Under the pieces are notes generated by a model. The model was not told the origin of the DNA, ran no database searches, and worked only from the letters and a program-made list of their open reading frames with translations. Positions 60,013 to 64,000 of a stretch of 64,000 bases of DNA are shown here, one piece after another. The translations under genes were made by a program, and so were the position numbers. Location of the stretch: contig OY762911.1 in NCBI GenBank assembly GCA_963666565.1, forward strand, positions 4,128,001-4,192,000, given 5' to 3'. Source of the stretch: Thermoanaerobaculia bacterium. GTDB lineage: Bacteria > Acidobacteriota > Thermoanaerobaculia > Multivoradales > Multivoraceae. Each line of letters begins with the position of its first letter. Positions within the stretch are counted from its first letter, which is position 1.

Positions 60013-60516
60013 ATGAACTACTTCGAGAGCAGACTGCGAGCACAGGCCCACACACTCGCGCTGCCCAAAGATCTGCGCGACGACGTGGACCGCTATGTCC
60101 AGAGTCATCGACCCGGCGCGGATCCTGAGCAGGCACCGTTCCCGCGACGTCTCGATCTCTGGGCCTACGGGATCTTCGCGGCTCTGGCACTGGGACTCGA
60201 ACCGGAGGACCAGTCCAAGACAAGGCGAACCACCTACAAGTTCAAGGACACGGCATCCGTGAACATGTCGTCCGAACTCTGCGAACTGCTTGCTGTCGTG
60301 GCCGCGGCCGGCCTAGGACCCGAGAACGAACGGGTCACCGAACCAGCGGAGATCATCCGATACGCCAACTGCTTGGCCGCTGTCGGTTGCCCGGTCGTGA
60401 TCGGCGAACTCAACAAGGTGGACCTTCGGCTGACTCCGCTGGAGAAGATGGTCCGCCACGCGGAGACGCTACTTGAGAGGACTCAGGAGCACCTGAGAGC
60501 GGCGATACCAACGTAG
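60013..60516 (+). CDS. dnd-system-associated protein 4 / DndE-like small protein
   Basis: APFPRRLDLWAYGIFAALALG...IIRYAN..G resembles the protein that follows DndD-like ATPases (recalled similarity). GGAGG RBS. Confidence 0.5.
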   Translation: MNYFESRLRAQAHTLALPKDLRDDVDRYVQSHRPGADPEQAPFPRRLDLWAYGIFAALALGLEPEDQSKTRRTTYKFKDTASVNMSSELCELLAVVAAAGLGPENERVTEPAEIIRYANCLAAVGCPVVIGELNKVDLRLTPLEKMVRHAETLLERTQEHLRAAIPT

Positions 60517-60548
60517 TCCTCGACGCCCGGCGACGAAGGTGACTCAGC

Positions 60549-60700
60549 ATGACAGAACGGCATGTAGAGATTCAGGGACTCCAGTACAACCAGAACGGTT
60601 GCTTGGAGGAAGTACAACACGGGACGACTCCGCTCGTCACGGCGCGTGAACAAGCCATGGAGCGGATCATGCCGGAGTCCCAGCCGTATGAATGCGGAGC
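60549..60700 (+). pseudogene. Degenerate Phd/YefM antitoxin relic
   Basis: MTERHVEIQGLQYNQNGCLEEVQHGTTPLVTAREQAMERIMPE keeps the spacing of the Phd consensus but with many substitutions. Confidence 0.4.
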
Positions 60701-60865
60701 ACAATCACCCTATCTTCCCGGGGATGGGAGGGTTGCGGAAGATCAGGCCGTTGGTCCGCCGGCGAGGCGAGGGCAACATGGACGACATCGTGAGAGAAAA
60801 CCGGCGGTGAGTTCCCTCTACGGGGACACGAGCGCCCTCAGGAGCTCCGCGGAGGCCATGGCTGG

Positions 60866-61339
60866 ATGAAACCGAGTGTCTACATCGAGACCTCGGTAGT
60901 CAGCTATCTCACCGCTCGGCCTTCCCGGGATGTCATGGTCGCTGCCTACCAGGACGTAACGCAGCGCTGGTGGGCAAGTGCGCCCGCCAGGTTCCGGCTC
61001 TTCGCCTCCGAGCTGGTACACGACGAGGCCGGTGCCGGCGACACTGGTGCCGCTCGCGCACGCCAAGACGCCCTCCACGGGATTCCGCTGCTTGAAGCCA
61101 CCCGAGAAGACGGCGAGCTTGCAGCGAAGCTCTTTGAGTTCCGGGCCGTGCCGCGGAGCGCGGCGAACGATGCCGCCCATGTCGCCATCGCGGCCGTCAA
61201 CCGTGTTGACTACCTCGTTACCTGGAACTTCCGCCATATCGCCAACGCCGCAATGAGATCTAGAATCGAAGACGTCTGCAGCCGTGCGGGTCATCGGCCG
61301 CCCGTCATCTGCTCCCCCAACCAGCTCATGGAGACATGA
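60866..61339 (+). CDS. PIN domain (VapC-like) protein
   Basis: VYIETSVVSY...DAAHVAIA...YLVTWNFRHIAN. Confidence 0.88.
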   Translation: MKPSVYIETSVVSYLTARPSRDVMVAAYQDVTQRWWASAPARFRLFASELVHDEAGAGDTGAARARQDALHGIPLLEATREDGELAAKLFEFRAVPRSAANDAAHVAIAAVNRVDYLVTWNFRHIANAAMRSRIEDVCSRAGHRPPVICSPNQLMET

Positions 61340-61340
61340 C

Positions 61341-61541
61341 ATGCGCAAGAACGAGCACGCCCGTCCCGAGCAACCGGCCGGCGACCCGGTGATCGAGGAA
61401 CTCTGGGCCGTGCGCGACGAGTACGCCGCTTCCTGCGGCTACGACGTGCACGAGCTGTTCCGGCGGATTCGAGCTCGGCAGCGAACCTCCGGGCGCGAGT
61501 ACGTCCGCCTCTCTCCTCGGAACACGTCTTCCGCCGACTAG
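61341..61541 (+). CDS. Small putative antitoxin partner of the PIN protein
   Basis: DPVIEELWAVRDEYAASCGYDV, the short downstream partner typical of this PIN subfamily. Confidence 0.65.
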   Translation: MRKNEHARPEQPAGDPVIEELWAVRDEYAASCGYDVHELFRRIRARQRTSGREYVRLSPRNTSSAD

Positions 61542-61590
61542 GACTGCGTGGCCCCGCCACCTCGGCGACAGCCGCCACCATCCGCATCGC

Positions 61591-61818
61591 ATGCGCATCA
61601 CAGTGACCATCGACGATGACGTGCTGGCTACCGCCAGGGCGTCGGCCGCGCGCAAGGGCTGCAGCCTGGGCCGCGCCCTGTCTGAACTGGCTCGGCGCGG
61701 ATTCACGACCGCCATCCCAGTCCGAAAGGGCGATGACGATACGGCGTTTGCCGTTCGCGCGGACGCGGAATCCATCACCAACGACGACGTACACCGATCC
61801 TTGGCCGACTGGCCGTGA
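61591..61818 (+). CDS. CopG/VapB-type RHH antitoxin (orphan)
   Basis: MRITVTIDDDVLATARASA...SLGRALSELARRG. The overlapping GTG frame (VKALPTR*) ends immediately. Confidence 0.75.
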   Translation: MRITVTIDDDVLATARASAARKGCSLGRALSELARRGFTTAIPVRKGDDDTAFAVRADAESITNDDVHRSLADWP

Positions 61819-61882
61819 AGGCACTGCCAACCCGCTGATCGCCTTTGACGCCAAGAACGCTGCCTGGGCTCGCCGACTACGG

Positions 61883-62093
61883 TCAACTCTCCCCGAGGAG
61901 TCTCATCTCGTACGAGTTCGCCACCAAGAGGCGTCCGAGCGTGGCGAGCATCTCGAACGGATCACTCCCGTCGATCTTCTCCGCCTCCATCACTTCCCGC
62001 ACATCGCTCCGGCTGGTAGGCGGGATCCGCACCTCGAAGAAGGGCCAGAGGAAGTTCGCCCGGTAGCGCTCTGTTGTCTCCGGAAAGGCCGAA
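61883..62093 (-). pseudogene. C-terminal fragment of a HipA-N-terminal-domain-like protein truncated by ISL3
   Basis: AFPETTERYRANFLWPFFEVRIPPTSRSDV...DPFEMLATLG. The 5' part is replaced by the IS end. Confidence 0.5.
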
Positions 62094-62974
62094 GGCTCTT
62101 CCGGGTTGATGGTGGAAATCGCGTAGTGTGGCGCGATGCGCGACACAGACTTGTACGGTCGGATTCTCGGCATCGAGAGTCCCTGGAAGGTGACGGACGT
62201 CGAGTTGCGGATCGAGTCCGGCGAGGTGGAGGTTCTCGTGGCTCGTGGCGCCGGCGAGTCCTATCGTTGTCCGAAGTGCGGCGGCGCTGCGCGCCGGCAC
62301 GATTCGCGTCGTCGGCGCTGGCGGCATCTGCCGACGTGCCAGTACCGGACGATCCTGACCGCGGACGTGCCTCGGGTGCGGTGCGCGGAGCACGGAGTGC
62401 TGACGATCGGCGTGCCCTGGTCGGACCCGACAAGTTCCACGTCGCGGCCCATCTGGGCGACGCCGTGAACCGGGTGCGGGTGGCGGAGCACCGAGAGCTG
62501 CAGAACCGGGGGGACGACCGGCTGGCCGGCACCCGGTACATGTGGCTGTACCACACCGACCGGTTGCCGGAGAGGCATGCGGCCTCCTTCAAGACCTTGG
62601 TGAACGCGACCTGGAAGACGGCGCGTTGCTGGCACCTGAAGGAGGTGGCGATGATGATGTGGGAGACGCGGGACCGCGTCGAGGCGCGTGAGACCTTCGA
62701 CGGCTGGTACTCGTGGGCGATCCGCAGCCGTCTCGAGCCCATGAAGGAAGTCGCCCGCATGATCAAGGCTCATCTCGACGGCGTGCTGAACGCGATCGAG
62801 CGGGGCGTCACCAACGCCCGCCTCGAAGGCATCAACTCGGTCATCCAGTCGCTCAAGAAGACCGCCCGCGGCTACCGGAACCGCGACCGGTTCCGCGACG
62901 CCATCTACTTCCATCTCGGCGGCCTGAACCTCTACCCTGATTCCCTCACGTTCCACACGAAACCCTGAAGAGCC
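62094..62974 (+). mobile_element. ISL3-family insertion sequence, internally deleted
   Basis: Imperfect terminal IRs ggctcttccgggttgatggtggaa and ttccacacgaaaccctgaagagcc; ISL3 transposase motifs inside; no target duplication. Confidence 0.88.
62136..62968 (+). pseudogene. ISL3 transposase, deleted and frameshifted near 62425
   Basis: Frame 1 has CPKCG...WRHL...PRVRCAEHG..VPW. It jumps to frame 2 with DKFH...TNARLEGINS...ARGYRN. Confidence 0.88.
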
Positions 62975-64000
62975 GCGGGAGAGAACGTCGCACTGATCGG
63001 CTGTAGGCAGAAGGTGCGAGACGATGACGACTGGGCGCAGGCCTTCGCCACCGCTCGGATCGCAGAAAGCTGTGCGATCTCGAACACAACCCGCGAAATC
63101 AACTGCGTTTTCCCGCTGTACCTCTACCCGGGGGTCGGCAAGGCCTCGGCGGCGCTGTTCAATCGCTGGCCGGAAGGCAAGGACGGACGAACTCCAAACC
63201 TGGACACAGAGTTTGTCGAGGCAACTGCGGTAGCCACCAAACTCCGATTCCTCAGCGACGGCCGCGGTGATCCGCGAGCGACCTTCGGCCCCGAGGACGT
63301 GCTTGCCTGGATCTACGCCATGTTTCACAGCCCGGGCTACCGCAGCCTGTATGAGGCACACCTCAAGCTCGACTTCCCCCGCGTTCCGCCACCCGGGAAC
63401 ACGGACATCTTCCGGGCGTTGACGGAGGCGGGCCACGACCTGCTGACCGTCCACCTGCTTGAGTCCCGGAAGCTCACCGAGACCATCACGGACTATGCCG
63501 GCCCTAGAGCGCCCGAGGTCGGCCGCGTCGGCTGGTCGGCAGGGATGGTCTGACTCGACGCTCGGAAGACTCTGGCCCGGGAGGGGCATCGCGCCGCGCA
63601 GCCCGGCACGATAGGCTTCCACGGAGTACCCGAAGAAGTCTGGGACTTCCAAGTCGGGGGCTATCAGGTCTGCCACAAGTGGCTCAAGGACCGGAAGGGG
63701 CGCACGCTCTCGGACGAGGACATCGCCCACTACCAGAAGATCGTCGTCGCCCTGAACAAGACGATCCGGCTCATGACCGAGATCGACGAGGTCATCGAGG
63801 CCTACGGTGGTTGGCCCGCGGCCTTCGAGCCTCGGACGGCGGCAGCCACGAGCGCGGAGGAAACGGCGAAGCTCCTGCCGTTCCGGCCACGGACCGTCGA
63901 ACCAGCGCCGGAGGACCGTTACGTCAACTGCGTTCCGCTCGTACCACTCCAAGTGGCCGCCGGCGGGTTCGGCAGCCAGCAGCACCTCGAGGACGACGGC
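62975..64000 (+). pseudogene. Type ISP restriction-modification enzyme C-terminal fragment with internal stop, followed by the start of an S24/LexA-like domain
   Basis: FPLYLYP, YAMFHSPGYR...LKLDFPRVP, TGA at 63551, VPEEVWDFQVGGYQVCHKWLKDRKGRTL, then VPLVPLQVAAGGF. The 5' end is cut by the IS. Confidence 0.8.

Noticed and set aside
48201-60516. Canonical dndABCDE/dndFGH, Ssp, Dpd or BREX system
   Set aside because: No cysteine desulfurase, DndB, DndFGH, TGT-like DpdA, PglZ or methyltransferase is recognisable, and the PP-loop protein lacks a typical DndC layout.
63551-63553. In-frame TGA in the type ISP fragment as possible selenocysteine or recoding
   Set aside because: The context (V-x-LD) fits a Trp codon mutated TGG to TGA. 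There is no redox motif, and the gene is already truncated by the IS.

Overview
High-GC bacterial DNA (visibly about 70% G+C over most of the window, somewhat more AT-rich from about 48 kb). The gene content includes TonB receptor and porin, sulfatases, a PQQ dehydrogenase with cytochrome c, many PIN/Uma2 genes and a heme-c copper monooxygenase. This fits a diderm, possibly an Acidobacteriota-like host-associated lineage (inference only). The 1-37 kb part is mostly metabolic and housekeeping: Lon, sulfatases, PPK2, RsgA, a Dpp-type ABC transporter, a porin/FMN-binding module, and a TBDR-Rieske-GcvT-like-oxidoreductase catabolic locus. It is interspersed with toxin-antitoxin pairs and a REP-like hairpin repeat family. 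Two accessory operons stand out as candidate undescribed systems. (i) 38.3-42.4 kb: four translationally coupled membrane genes (4TM coiled-coil, anchored vWA, MotA/ZorA-like, MotB-like without an OmpA domain). (ii) 48.2-60.5 kb: a nine-gene operon (PP-loop Cys-rich PAPS-reductase-like enzyme, GHKL ATPase, two hypotheticals, an RNAP alpha-CTD/sigma-4 mimic, PLD-SF2 helicase, small protein, DndD-like SMC ATPase, dnd-associated-4-like protein) that looks like a non-canonical DNA modification/restriction system. Also found: an unannotated ArsC-like selenoprotein (in-frame UGA, UxxC, SECIS-like hairpin), an IclR-HTH::GcvT fusion, many leaderless genes, and an internally deleted ISL3 joining two broken genes at the right end. 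All assignments come from motif reading by eye; no database searches were run.
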